From NCBI GenBank assembly GCA_919901565.1, contig CAKKPE010000107.1:7091-71090 (forward strand): a stretch of 64,000 nt of DNA. The letters run 5' to 3'. The position numbers and the translations under genes are program-made. Positions 40,502 through 51,370 of the stretch are shown here, in pieces. The first letter of the stretch is position 1. Every line of letters begins with the position of its first letter. The stretch is from a bacterium (GTDB lineage: Bacteria; CG2-30-53-67). Below the pieces are notes generated by a model. The model had not been told where the DNA came from. It saw only the letters and a list, made by a program, of their open reading frames with translations, and ran no database searches.

Positions 40502-40798
40502 GGATGGATTCTCCCTAAGTAATAACCTCAAACAGGCACTATCCTGTTCCAACTATATTATCGGGTATTCTTGCCTGAAACTTGAGAGGATAAACGGCAG
40601 AGGCCGAAAAGCAAAGATATGGCCTAAACTTAATTGGTCAGAAGGGCGGATAACCGGAAGGAATAATGATAAAGAGATGAACTGTCCATAACATGGCTAT
40701 GAAACCTCAAAAATTCACACAGGCCGTTGCTTTCCATGAAAAATAATCCCAAAGGGGGGTTGCTATTTTAATTAACCGTGACTATATTTGCAAGTTCA

Positions 40799-40825
40799 TT
40801 AGCACTCATCCTTGTAGAGTGCTAA
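40799..40825 (+). promoter_or_regulatory. CIRCE operator (HrcA binding site) upstream of groES-groEL
   Basis: TTAGCACTC-atccttgta-GAGTGCTAA, a perfect match to the CIRCE consensus, about 80 nt upstream of groES. Confidence 0.9.
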
Positions 40826-40907
40826 CAATCCCGTAAATCTGACAGGTTATAAAAAAGGGGAAAGTTCATCATTTTTAGTAACTCATTGAAAGGAAAGGAG
40901 AATCAGA

Positions 40908-41165
40908 ATGCTAAAACCATTGAAGGATCGACTTTTGGTCAGCTACCTGGAAAAGGAAGAGAAGACGGCCGGAGGGATCATCATTCCGGACACCGCCAAG
41001 GAACGCCCTCAGAAAGGGAAGGTGGAGGCCATCGGTAAAGAAGTGGAGGATATCAAGGTTGGAAATGTGATTATGTTCAAGACCTATTCTCCGGACAACA
41101 TCAAGATGGATGGCAAGGAGTATGGTATTTTAAAAATGGAAGACGTCATGGGAATTATTGAATAA
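40908..41165 (+). CDS. groES: Co-chaperonin GroES
   Basis: [11 protein letters not shown]…[15 protein letters not shown]…. Confidence 0.9.
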   Translation: MLKPLKDRLLVSYLEKEEKTAGGIIIPDTAKERPQKGKVEAIGKEVEDIKVGNVIMFKTYSPDNIKMDGKEYGILKMEDVMGIIE

Positions 41166-41173
41166 CATCTTGA

Positions 41174-42844
<1,671 letters not shown>

Positions 42845-42877
42845 TTTAAATCTTTTTTTCAAAAGCACTGATATGAT

Positions 42878-42909
42878 CCCTCTGTGATTCTCACAGAGGG
42901 ATTTTTTTT
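42878..42909 (+). terminator. Rho-independent terminator of groESL (CCCTCTGTGA-ttc-TCACAGAGGG followed by ATTTTTTTT)
   Basis: Read directly, 34 nt after the groEL stop. Confidence 0.8.
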
Positions 42910-42943
42910 AAGAAGGTTTATGTGAGAGTTCTCAAAAATCTAT

Positions 42944-43510
42944 TTAGGAGAGAAAGGCCTCACGCTCATCCGGGGTGATCTCCACCTCTTCAGAGGCCTT
43001 GCCTTTTCGGAAAGGGTGCAGGCCCGCCATCTCATTCACATTCGAGTCCTGTTTTTTCAGTTCCGTGTGGAACCTTTCCATATAGAGAAATTTCTGGCCA
43101 AGAACTTCAAAACAGCGATATTGATAGAGAAGATGGATGTGGAGAGGGGCTGCCCTGAGAAATCTTTTCATAAGCAAAGGGAATTCCGGGTAGATCAGGG
43201 CAGCCCCGGGGGGGACGGTTTTTCTTAAATCAAGGCTCGGAAACAACTGCCGAAGTACGGAGAGGTTTTTTGTAAACCAGTCCAACTGGGCATCGGCATT
43301 CAACAGGGCGTTTTCATCGGGCTTGATGTCTGCAAAGATGAGCAGGGGCCTCTCCTCGTTATCCTTCGCCACCAGATCGATCAAGGGGAACTCTTCATCC
43401 CCGATTGGACCGCCAAGGATTTCAACCCCCTCTTCAATCATGGATGCAGTGTTTTTGATGAGTTCTATCAGGTCCTTTTTTTTATTCAGTTGGATGTGTT
43501 TAAAGGACAT
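42944..43510 (-). CDS. Hypothetical protein (188 aa), third gene of the ParA-CBM48 cluster
   Basis: Start overlaps the upstream gene's stop by 11 nt. No recognisable domain. Confidence 0.5.
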   Translation of the reverse strand: MSFKHIQLNKKKDLIELIKNTASMIEEGVEILGGPIGDEEFPLIDLVAKDNEERPLLIFADIKPDENALLNADAQLDWFTKNLSVLRQLFPSLDLRKTVPPGAALIYPEFPLLMKRFLRAAPLHIHLLYQYRCFEVLGQKFLYMERFHTELKKQDSNVNEMAGLHPFRKGKASEEVEITPDEREAFLS

Positions 43511-44390
43511 GAGCCTTCTCTATGGAACGTAGTCTCTGGTCATGATCATCTATGATCAATCTGCTGATATTATAAATATGCCTTCGCATTTCAGAGGTGG
43601 ACCATTTCAAGACCAATGGAACCCCTTCAGCCATGGACTTTCCTATTTCTTCACATTTCTGAATGAAGGCGTAGCTGAGCAGATCCTTTTGAAGGAACCG
43701 TTTTGTATTTCCGGCCATTCGGGAAAATGCATCGGATGCATCCTGCTCGCCTTTTTCTGATAAAACAATCAGGCCGATCTGAATCTGCCGGGCTTTTTGA
43801 TGGAGAGCCTTGATCACAGAGTAGGATTCAAGCATGCCTGTCCGGTCTGTCGGGGCAATGACCATGAAGAGGGATATCTGGCGGAGCATGGCCCCCAGTT
43901 CTTCCAAGCGATTGTATGGGATGTGAAAAATAATAAAATCAAATTTCTGGTACTCTTCAGGCCAGGGATAACGATTGCCATTCTGATGGATATCCCTGTA
44001 AGACAGGAGATGACTGAGAAAGGGGGTGCGGTAGGTCGTCCTGACGCCCATGGGGGCATGGATCAGGATGGGTTCGGCAGCGTTTTCAATGTCCATCAGC
44101 CCCATCAGCCGGGTTACATTCAAATTTCCCGGATCATCGTCCACCACCAGTACCCGATACCCTTGCCTGGCCAACTCGATGGAAATGTTGCAGATGGCGA
44201 ATATCCCCATGGTGTCCATAGGCCCGCCCGTGATGCCGATGGTTTGGATCTCAGGCATGGCCTGACGCTTTGCATCAAACTCAGGCACGCTGCGATCAAG
44301 AGGAATGTCGGTCACAGTTTTTGAGGATTCAGCAGAGAAGAATACATCGGATATTTCCTCGAGCCCTCTTCCCAACCTCCTCCCTTTCAT
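43500..44390 (-). CDS. Degenerate ParA/MinD-fold protein (Walker A lysines lost: ITGGPMDTMG) with an N-terminal ParB-like GRGL peptide (MKGRRLGRGLEEI); putative partner/adaptor of the upstream ParA-CBM48 ATPase
   Basis: AAGGAG ribosome-binding site. The N-terminus resembles the ParA-stimulating N-peptide of ParB/Spo0J (GLGRGLxAL). The body aligns with MinD/ParA topology (…YRVLVVDDDP…) but lacks the KGGxGKT P-loop. Confidence 0.55.
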   Translation of the reverse strand: MKGRRLGRGLEEISDVFFSAESSKTVTDIPLDRSVPEFDAKRQAMPEIQTIGITGGPMDTMGIFAICNISIELARQGYRVLVVDDDPGNLNVTRLMGLMDIENAAEPILIHAPMGVRTTYRTPFLSHLLSYRDIHQNGNRYPWPEEYQKFDFIIFHIPYNRLEELGAMLRQISLFMVIAPTDRTGMLESYSVIKALHQKARQIQIGLIVLSEKGEQDASDAFSRMAGNTKRFLQKDLLSYAFIQKCEEIGKSMAEGVPLVLKWSTSEMRRHIYNISRLIIDDHDQRLRSIEKAHVL

Positions 44391-44465
44391 GGGATCTCCT
44401 TATCATGCTCAGATGGACATGAATGTGTGTCCTGAAAAATATTGTGTATCTAACGGCCTTTATGG

Positions 44466-45611
44466 TTATTGGGACGGGCGCTCTGTCTTTATATCCAATG
44501 CGGGACCACTTTCTTCTTGATGAGATCGTTCCCAGTAAGGTACTTCCACAACGGAGTCCACTCCGCCGAACTCGTTGACGATGTAGTTAGGGTTGTGCTG
44601 ATCCTCCTTCCACTCGCCATCCGCGATGAATTTATAATGGTATTTTCCAGGCGGCAGGTGGATCACTTTTTTCCAGGTCCCATCCGGTTGTTTATGGAGT
44701 TCATAAGACGGATCCGGCGTCCAGTTATTAAAGTCTCCGACCAGTTTCAGGGATTGCACATTGGAGGCCTTGTAGGAGAAGAGAATACCGTTTGTCACCG
44801 GGCAAGGGCCCAGTATTTGGGCTGTCTGCTTCTGCACCTCTTTTTCTGGAATTTGAATCACCTCTTGCGTAAGGGCAAGAAAGTCTTTATATCCGACACA
44901 ATTTTTATCAAACTCGGTAATGGGAGAGCCGAAACTGGCCGCTTCTTTGAGGCGGATATTGAAATGGATAACCGTCTGAAAAGTATTTTCCTTGAAGTGT
45001 TTCTTGACCTCCTCAAAGATCTCGCTGGAAAGTCTTGTCCTTTTATCGAACATGGTGAGCAGGATATGGATCTGGATGTCGTGACCCAGCTTTTCTGAAA
45101 ACATCTGAATGGTTTCAGTCAGCTTTCCAAGACCGTGTAGTGAAAAAAAGCTCGGTTCAACGGGGATGATGACGTCCTGGGATGCCGTCAATGCATTGAA
45201 AGACAATAGTCCCACAGAAGGAGGACAGTCGATCAGGATATAGTCATATTCCCTCTTCAGGCCCTGGATGGCCTGCAGAAGCCTGGTTTCTCTCCCGGGG
45301 GTATTGGCCAGTTTTTGTTCAAAGGCGGACAGAACAATATTGGAAGGAATCAGGTCAAAATTTTCCCCGGCTGGGATGATAATATCTTCCAGTATGGGTC
45401 TATCCACCTCATCAATTGAGAGGAGGACATCATAAAGACAGATTTCAAGCTCTTTTGGCTTGATATTGAGACCTAAAGAAGCGTGTGACTGGGGGTCCAT
45501 ATCAATCAGTAAGACCCTTTTTCCCAGGGAAGCAAGAGATGCTGAAAGATTGATGGCCGTTGTTGTCTTGCCGCAGCCCCCTTTTTGATTTACAATCGAT
45601 ATTGTTTTCAT
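44466..45611 (-). CDS. ParA/MinD-family ATPase fused to a C-terminal CBM48 / AMPK-beta glycogen-binding domain
   Basis: Deviant Walker A NQKGGCGKTTTAINL, DMDPQ, and the rest of the ParA fold to about residue 250. The C-terminus LKLVGDFNNWTPDPSYELHKQPDGTWKKVIHLPPGKYHYKFIADGEWKEDQHNP matches the CBM48/AMPKbeta-GBD pattern (FNNW…LPxGxHxYKFxxDGxW). Confidence 0.75.
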   Translation of the reverse strand: MKTISIVNQKGGCGKTTTAINLSASLASLGKRVLLIDMDPQSHASLGLNIKPKELEICLYDVLLSIDEVDRPILEDIIIPAGENFDLIPSNIVLSAFEQKLANTPGRETRLLQAIQGLKREYDYILIDCPPSVGLLSFNALTASQDVIIPVEPSFFSLHGLGKLTETIQMFSEKLGHDIQIHILLTMFDKRTRLSSEIFEEVKKHFKENTFQTVIHFNIRLKEAASFGSPITEFDKNCVGYKDFLALTQEVIQIPEKEVQKQTAQILGPCPVTNGILFSYKASNVQSLKLVGDFNNWTPDPSYELHKQPDGTWKKVIHLPPGKYHYKFIADGEWKEDQHNPNYIVNEFGGVDSVVEVPYWERSHQEESGPALDIKTERPSQ

Positions 45612-45919
45612 AGTGCGCTCCTTTCAGGATGGCCTTCGCTCTGATATGGGAATACGATCTTCTTATTGAAGCTCGTTAGCAGTTCAGAACCTGTCATGGC
45701 CTTTTTCCGCGTCACCTCCTCATTAATCAATCTTATGCAGGAAAAGTTTCACACGGTGTCCTATTTTGTATTCATAGAGAGCATGTACACTATATATAGT
45801 ATAGAAAGATAGACAAGATTATAAAGAATGTCAAGAAAAATTATCAATTTTTTGACAAAAAAAGATTAGCCCTTCTTGGATTCTCAGAAAGGCGGCGTAT
45901 GGCCGGAAGGGGATGATGC

Positions 45920-47284
45920 TTAAATCCCGTACTTTTCCATCTTGTACCTGAGGATCTTCCTGGTAATATGGAGGAGTTCTGCAGTATGGATCTGGACACC
46001 TTCCGCCTGGATCAGTGCCTTTTTGATGTAAGATTTCTCCATCTCTTCCACCAAATCGGATAGAGAGACCCCTTGTTCCGGAATGGTGATATCATTTAGG
46101 GATGTGGCGGGTTTTTGGGGACTGTTGGGGAATGTAAACGATCTTGGGGTTAATATATCAGCACGGGTCAACACAACGGAGCGCTCGATCATATTCTGAA
46201 GTTCCCGTACGTTTCCAGGCCAATCATAATGGATCAACATCTCCATGGCCTCAGGCAGGATGGTTTTTTTAGCCTGATGGGTTTCCGCCGAGTATTTATC
46301 TATGCAATGATGTACCAGAAGGGGGATATCCTCCCGGCGTTCCCGAAGAGGGGGAATGTCGATAGGAACCACATTAATCCGGTAATAGAGGTCCTCACGG
46401 AATCGGCCCTCCCGGACCCTCTGTTCCAGGTTGGTGTTTGTTGCAGCGATCATTCTCACATCCACCCGAAGCGTTTGTGTGCCGCCAAGACGTTCGAATT
46501 CCCCGTTCTGAAGGACCCTTAAGATTTTCACCTGGAGAAGCATGTCCATATCCCCGATTTCATCCAGAAAAAGGGTTCCGCCGTCCGCCAGCTCGAAACG
46601 CCCCGGTTTCTGACGTTCCGCCCCGGTGAAGGCCCCTCTTTCATATCCAAACAGCTCGGATTCCAGGAGGGTGCCGGGAATGGCCCCGCAGTTGAGCTTG
46701 ATGAAAGGCATGGACGATCGGTTGCTATGGTAATGAACGGCCCCGGCAACCAACTCCTTGCCGGTCCCGCTCTCCCCCCGGATCAGAACTGTGCTCTTGG
46801 TAGGGGCGATCTGTGTAATCATCTGGAAAATCCGCTGCATGGAATTGCTTCTGCCGATGATGTTGTCGAAGCGGTATTTTGACTGGAGTTCGGTTCGTAG
46901 CTGTTCGTTCTCTCTTGAAAGCCTTCGATAGCGGATGGCCTTTTCTACAACGACTTCCATTTCTGAAATGTCAAAGGGTTTTAAGATGTAATCAAAGGCC
47001 CCGGCCTTCATGGCTTCCACGGCGGTCTCCACCGTGCCATAGGCGGTCATGATGATGACAGGAATCTCTTCGCCTATGTTTTTGATTTCGTGGAGGACTT
47101 CCATTCCGGACATCCCCGGCATCTTCATGTCCGTGATTACCAGCGAAGGGGGCCTGGTTTTGGCCAGTTCTATCCCTTCAAGGCCTGTGCTGGCTGAGCT
47201 GACATGAAATCCGAGCCCTTCCAGGGAGATCTGAAGGATCCGATGCATCTTTTTCTCATCATCAATTACCAGGATCTCTTCCAT
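45920..47284 (-). CDS. Sigma54-dependent response regulator (REC + AAA+ sigma54-activator + Fis-type HTH; NtrC family)
   Basis: VIDDE…D-M-MPGMSG receiver, GESGTGKE Walker A, GAFTGA motif, C-terminal HTH. Confidence 0.85.
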   Translation of the reverse strand: MEEILVIDDEKKMHRILQISLEGLGFHVSSASTGLEGIELAKTRPPSLVITDMKMPGMSGMEVLHEIKNIGEEIPVIIMTAYGTVETAVEAMKAGAFDYILKPFDISEMEVVVEKAIRYRRLSRENEQLRTELQSKYRFDNIIGRSNSMQRIFQMITQIAPTKSTVLIRGESGTGKELVAGAVHYHSNRSSMPFIKLNCGAIPGTLLESELFGYERGAFTGAERQKPGRFELADGGTLFLDEIGDMDMLLQVKILRVLQNGEFERLGGTQTLRVDVRMIAATNTNLEQRVREGRFREDLYYRINVVPIDIPPLRERREDIPLLVHHCIDKYSAETHQAKKTILPEAMEMLIHYDWPGNVRELQNMIERSVVLTRADILTPRSFTFPNSPQKPATSLNDITIPEQGVSLSDLVEEMEKSYIKKALIQAEGVQIHTAELLHITRKILRYKMEKYGI

Positions 47285-47304
47285 GTGTGCACCTTTAAAA
47301 AATT

Positions 47305-47607
47305 ACTCTCTTTCGTGTTTAAGTTGAAACGCTCAGAAATTGGAAGTTAAAGTATTTTTTGCACGCCTTAAGAATCAAAGATCAAAGATAAAAAATCAAA
47401 ATGGCAAATCAAAATATAAAAATGGCGCGGCCTCTTTTGAAAAGCCTGCCCTGGATTCAAGACATGAGTTCCCAATCGGGCAAGAAGCCGAAGCACCCGA
47501 ACCCGTCTTGATATTCATTTTTTATTTTTACTCTGTCATTTTGATTTTTGATTATTAATTTTTTATCTTTAACTTCTATACCCGTTCAACTTTCTTACGA
47601 AAGAACC
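47305..47607 (-). repeat. Foldback intergenic element, copy D, inserted between the histidine kinase and its response regulator
   Basis: Termini tctctttcgtgtttaagttgaaacg…cccgttcaactttcttacgaaagaacc, core cctcttttgaaaagcctgccctggattcaagacatgagttcccaatcgggcaag, and AT-rich inverted arms. Confidence 0.85.
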
Positions 47608-47612
47608 AAAAA

Positions 47613-49757
47613 TTATATAGCGGATCTTGTCCTGTGAATATCTTCCTGATAATCGCTATCAAACTTATCTGCCACGGGCAAATGAATGGTAAACCGTGTC
47701 CCCTTCCCGGCTTCACTGGACAGGAATATTTTTCCCTGATGGTTTTCGATGATTTTGCTGACTACGGAAAGCCCAAGTCCGGTTCCCTGTTCCTTTGTGG
47801 TAAAGAAGGGGTTGAACACCTTATTCAGGTCTCCCTCTGGAATTCCGATTCCAGTATCTTCGAAGATGATTTCGATCTGATTCACTTCCGGCAGATAACG
47901 CGTGGCGATCTCCAGGGAATCCCCCTGGTCCATGGCCTGGATGGCGTTCAGGATCAGGTTCAGAAACATCTGGTGCATCTGGTGCTCGTCCGCCATGACC
48001 AGAGGGAGGTCCGGTGCAAGGTTTTCATGGATGCAGATTCTATTCTTTTCTATCTGCAAGGCGGCCATCTGGATGGTTCCGCTAATCAGTTTGTTGATCG
48101 TCTGCGGTTTGAACTGCGGAGGTCTCGGCCGGGCGAATTCCAGAAAATCACTGATCACATCGTTCAAACGGTCGACCTCTTCCAGAATGACCGAACAAAG
48201 TTCGTCAAATCTCGGGGCCTGGGAGAGCGAATCCCTCTTGAGGATACCGGCCGCTCCCTTGATGATTCCCAGCGGGTTGCGGATCTCGTGGGCAATTCCT
48301 GCAGAAAGCTCCCCCATGGCTGCAAGGCGGTCCTGCCTCCGGATATGTTCCTTGAGCGCCTGGATTTCGGTGAGGTCCCGGATCAGGACAACCAGTCCGG
48401 TTTTAGAACCTGCGGATTTGCCGGGGTCATCCAGCGGGGAGAGGCTCAGTTCGATCGGGATGATAGCCCCGTCTTTTCTATGAAGCACGGTTTCCAGCCC
48501 CTCCTTGATCCGGCGGTTCTCGAGGCCATTCTGTATCAATTCGAGGATCAACGGGTCCTGATCAAAAACCACGGATATCTTTTCGCCTACAATTTTGTCC
48601 CCAGGCAAGTGCAGAATATTTTCGGTCGAGTGGTTTATTCTAATAATGCGCGCATCCGGATCAATGGTCATCACACCATTTAGGAGACTGCGAAGAATGT
48701 TCTCGGTATAGCTCTGGTTCTCCACAAGCTTGGCGATGGTCTCCTTGAGACGGTCAGTCATGAGGTTGAAGGATTCGGCAAGCTCTCCGATCTCGTCCCG
48801 GCTGTGGACCTGTATCTTCTGGTTGTAATCGCCGGCGCTGATGGCCCTGACCCCGTTTGATAACCGAACGATGGGCCAGGAGATCCCCGTGCCCAAAGCG
48901 GATCCGGCAATGACGGAGAGGAGAACGCCGATAAGGATCAGGATATAGTAGAAGCGGGTTGAGGCGAGTTTCCGGCTCAGGGTTTCAGAAGCGGATATCC
49001 CGTTGAATAAAATATATGATACGCGGCCATCCGCATCGGGCAGGGGTGTTAAAAGCGCATGATACTCTTCTTCCTTACCCTCAAGTCTGATTCTGGAATA
49101 CTTGGTGAATGCCTGGTGGCCGTTGATCGCCACCTTTTCCAGGATGTCCTCGGGAATATCCAGCTTTGCTTTTGTCTCTATGGAGAAGTAACCTCCGGAA
49201 GGGTCCTGTTTGAAAAACATGGACTCCACGCCGGTCACGCTCTTTAGGTCATTAAGAAACTCATTGTCCAGGGGGTAGCCGGTCATGATGGTTCCGATGG
49301 AACGCCCCTGGTCAGATACAGGAAGCAGAAAGACCAGGAGGGGCCATTTTTCATTGCCCGATTGTGTACGCAGAAGGGTCATCCCTTCCGCCGGATTTTT
49401 AGGGCGTGCGAACTTCTCCCCCGTGCTGGCGAAGATCATGGTGTTTTCATGGTTAAAAAGGTAAACCTGCAGAGGCGTATCAAACCAGAGGAATTTTATG
49501 TTCACTCCGCCCTGGATGACTTTTCTGAGCCTCGGGTCCCCGGAAAGGGAACGGGCCACTCCCTCGAGCTCGGTCTTCTTTCGGGCAATCAGATAAACGG
49601 CTGATTTCCCCGCATAGTTGATACGTTCCTCAATCCCTTTCTCAAGCCTGCCTGAAGCGATCTTGACCCCGATATATGTGGCGACAAGCATGGGGAAGAC
49701 GCCGATGATAATGAAGGCTGCGATCAATTTAATTCGTATGGAGAAACGCGTCATCAT
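47613..49757 (-). CDS. Sensor histidine kinase (periplasmic sensor, HAMP, PAS, HisKA, HATPase_c)
   Basis: Two TM segments flanking a periplasmic domain of about 250 aa, the H-box LSAGIAHEIRNPL, and N/G1/G2 boxes. Confidence 0.8.
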   Translation of the reverse strand: MMTRFSIRIKLIAAFIIIGVFPMLVATYIGVKIASGRLEKGIEERINYAGKSAVYLIARKKTELEGVARSLSGDPRLRKVIQGGVNIKFLWFDTPLQVYLFNHENTMIFASTGEKFARPKNPAEGMTLLRTQSGNEKWPLLVFLLPVSDQGRSIGTIMTGYPLDNEFLNDLKSVTGVESMFFKQDPSGGYFSIETKAKLDIPEDILEKVAINGHQAFTKYSRIRLEGKEEEYHALLTPLPDADGRVSYILFNGISASETLSRKLASTRFYYILILIGVLLSVIAGSALGTGISWPIVRLSNGVRAISAGDYNQKIQVHSRDEIGELAESFNLMTDRLKETIAKLVENQSYTENILRSLLNGVMTIDPDARIIRINHSTENILHLPGDKIVGEKISVVFDQDPLILELIQNGLENRRIKEGLETVLHRKDGAIIPIELSLSPLDDPGKSAGSKTGLVVLIRDLTEIQALKEHIRRQDRLAAMGELSAGIAHEIRNPLGIIKGAAGILKRDSLSQAPRFDELCSVILEEVDRLNDVISDFLEFARPRPPQFKPQTINKLISGTIQMAALQIEKNRICIHENLAPDLPLVMADEHQMHQMFLNLILNAIQAMDQGDSLEIATRYLPEVNQIEIIFEDTGIGIPEGDLNKVFNPFFTTKEQGTGLGLSVVSKIIENHQGKIFLSSEAGKGTRFTIHLPVADKFDSDYQEDIHRTRSAI

Positions 49758-49790
49758 ACGATCTATCCATCTGCATGCCGGGTTACGAGA

Positions 49791-51329
49791 TCAGCTGGTC
49801 AACATGACTTCAAACTGCTCTTGATGAAACTCAGGTTCTCCCTTAATGACGATTCTTTTTTTGAATTTGTTCTCCAATTCTTCGACCTCTCTTCGTTGCT
49901 CATCATAGAGCATATCAGCCACATCGTTCTGGGCAACGACCAGGATCTTCTTTTCCTTGGTCAGCGTGGCCATCCTGCTGATCTCCCTGAAGATATCATA
50001 GCAGACCGTGATCTTGGATTTAATGTATCCCTCCCCTTCGCAGTAACTGCATGGCTCCATGATAATCCTTCCGAGGTTCTCCCGTACCCTTTTACGGGTC
50101 ATCTGGATGATGCCGAGTTCAGAAATCTCGTAGATCGTTGTCCTGGCCTTGTCGTTCATGAGGGCCTTTTGAAGGGCATTGAAGACCGTCATCCGGTTTT
50201 TCCTGTCCTCCATGTCGATAAAATCAAGGATGATGATCCCTCCGATATTCCGGAGCCTGAGCTGATAGGCGATTTCCCGGGCGGCCTCCATATTGGTTTT
50301 AAAGATGGTCTCCTCCAGGTTTCTCTTGCCCACATAACGCCCGGTATTTACATCAATGGCTACGAGGGCCTCGGTTTGATCAATGACGATATACCCTCCG
50401 GATTTCAGCCAGACCCTCCTTTTCAGGGCGCGTGAAATCTCCACTTCCACACCCTGTGTATCGAAGATCGGCTCGGTCCCGTCATACAGTTCGATCTTGC
50501 TCAACAGGTTAGGGAGAAACGTACCCACGAACTCCTTGACCCGGTAGTACTCGGAAGGCGAATCAATGACCATCCGATCCACTTCAGAGGTAAAGAGGTC
50601 TCGAATCACCCGGAATACCAGGTCCAGGTCGCTGTGGAGAAGGCAGGGGGCCGAGGCTTTCTCCGATTTTTTTTGTATATCGACCCATAGACGTTTTAAA
50701 AACTGCTTGTCCGCCATGAACTCCTCGTCGTTTTTCCCTTCACTGACCGTCCGTACGATGTACCCTTCTTCAGGGCCTTTGAGGCCTTTGATGATCCCCC
50801 TGAGCCTCTCCCGCTCTTTCTCATCGCTGATCTTTCTTGAGATCCCCACGTGATCCACGGAGGGCATATAGACCAGATTCCGACCGGGCAGGGATATGTA
50901 GGATGTGACGCGGGCCCCTTTGGTGCCGATCGGTTCCTTGGCGACCTGTACGACGATCTCCTGGCCTTCCTTGAGCAGATCCTCTATGGGCGTGGTGTAG
51001 GAAATCTGTGTATATTCCTCTTTGATCTCTTCATCGTTCTCCTCGTCGATCTCTTCGTCCTCGAATTCATTCTCAGGGATCATCTGGGGATAATGTTCCA
51101 CTTTGCTGTAGATGTCAGAGACATAGAGAAAAGCGGATTTTTCCAGGCCGATGTCGACAAACGCGGCCTGCATGCCGGGAAGGACCTTGATGACGCGTCC
51201 CCTGTAGATATTTCCCACCACGCCGCGGCCCTTTTTGCGGTCGATGTAAATCTCGACCACATTGTTGTTCTCCAACAAGGCAACCCGGGTCTCATAGGAG
51301 GTGGCGTTCACAATCAGTTCCGTGGTCAT
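49791..51329 (-). CDS. rng: Ribonuclease G/E family endoribonuclease (S1 + RNase E/G catalytic domain)
   Basis: N-terminal S1 region (GNIYRGRVIKVLPGMQAAFVDIG) and catalytic-domain motifs. About 510 aa, which is Rng-sized. Confidence 0.8.
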   Translation of the reverse strand: MTTELIVNATSYETRVALLENNNVVEIYIDRKKGRGVVGNIYRGRVIKVLPGMQAAFVDIGLEKSAFLYVSDIYSKVEHYPQMIPENEFEDEEIDEENDEEIKEEYTQISYTTPIEDLLKEGQEIVVQVAKEPIGTKGARVTSYISLPGRNLVYMPSVDHVGISRKISDEKERERLRGIIKGLKGPEEGYIVRTVSEGKNDEEFMADKQFLKRLWVDIQKKSEKASAPCLLHSDLDLVFRVIRDLFTSEVDRMVIDSPSEYYRVKEFVGTFLPNLLSKIELYDGTEPIFDTQGVEVEISRALKRRVWLKSGGYIVIDQTEALVAIDVNTGRYVGKRNLEETIFKTNMEAAREIAYQLRLRNIGGIIILDFIDMEDRKNRMTVFNALQKALMNDKARTTIYEISELGIIQMTRKRVRENLGRIIMEPCSYCEGEGYIKSKITVCYDIFREISRMATLTKEKKILVVAQNDVADMLYDEQRREVEELENKFKKRIVIKGEPEFHQEQFEVMLTS

Positions 51330-51370
51330 GGTATTATCCTATGGCTGTTCACGGTCATGGCCCATCGGGA

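Noticed and set aside
45612-45919. Possible sigma70 promoter (TTGATA-18-TATAAT on the minus strand, about 45760-45800) for the ParA-CBM48 operon
   Set aside because: Plausible but unverified. Several AT-rich near-matches exist and a sigma54 promoter cannot be excluded, so it is not listed as a feature.
47634-48683. 349-aa and 193-aa plus-strand ORFs
   Set aside because: Antisense to the sensor histidine kinase.
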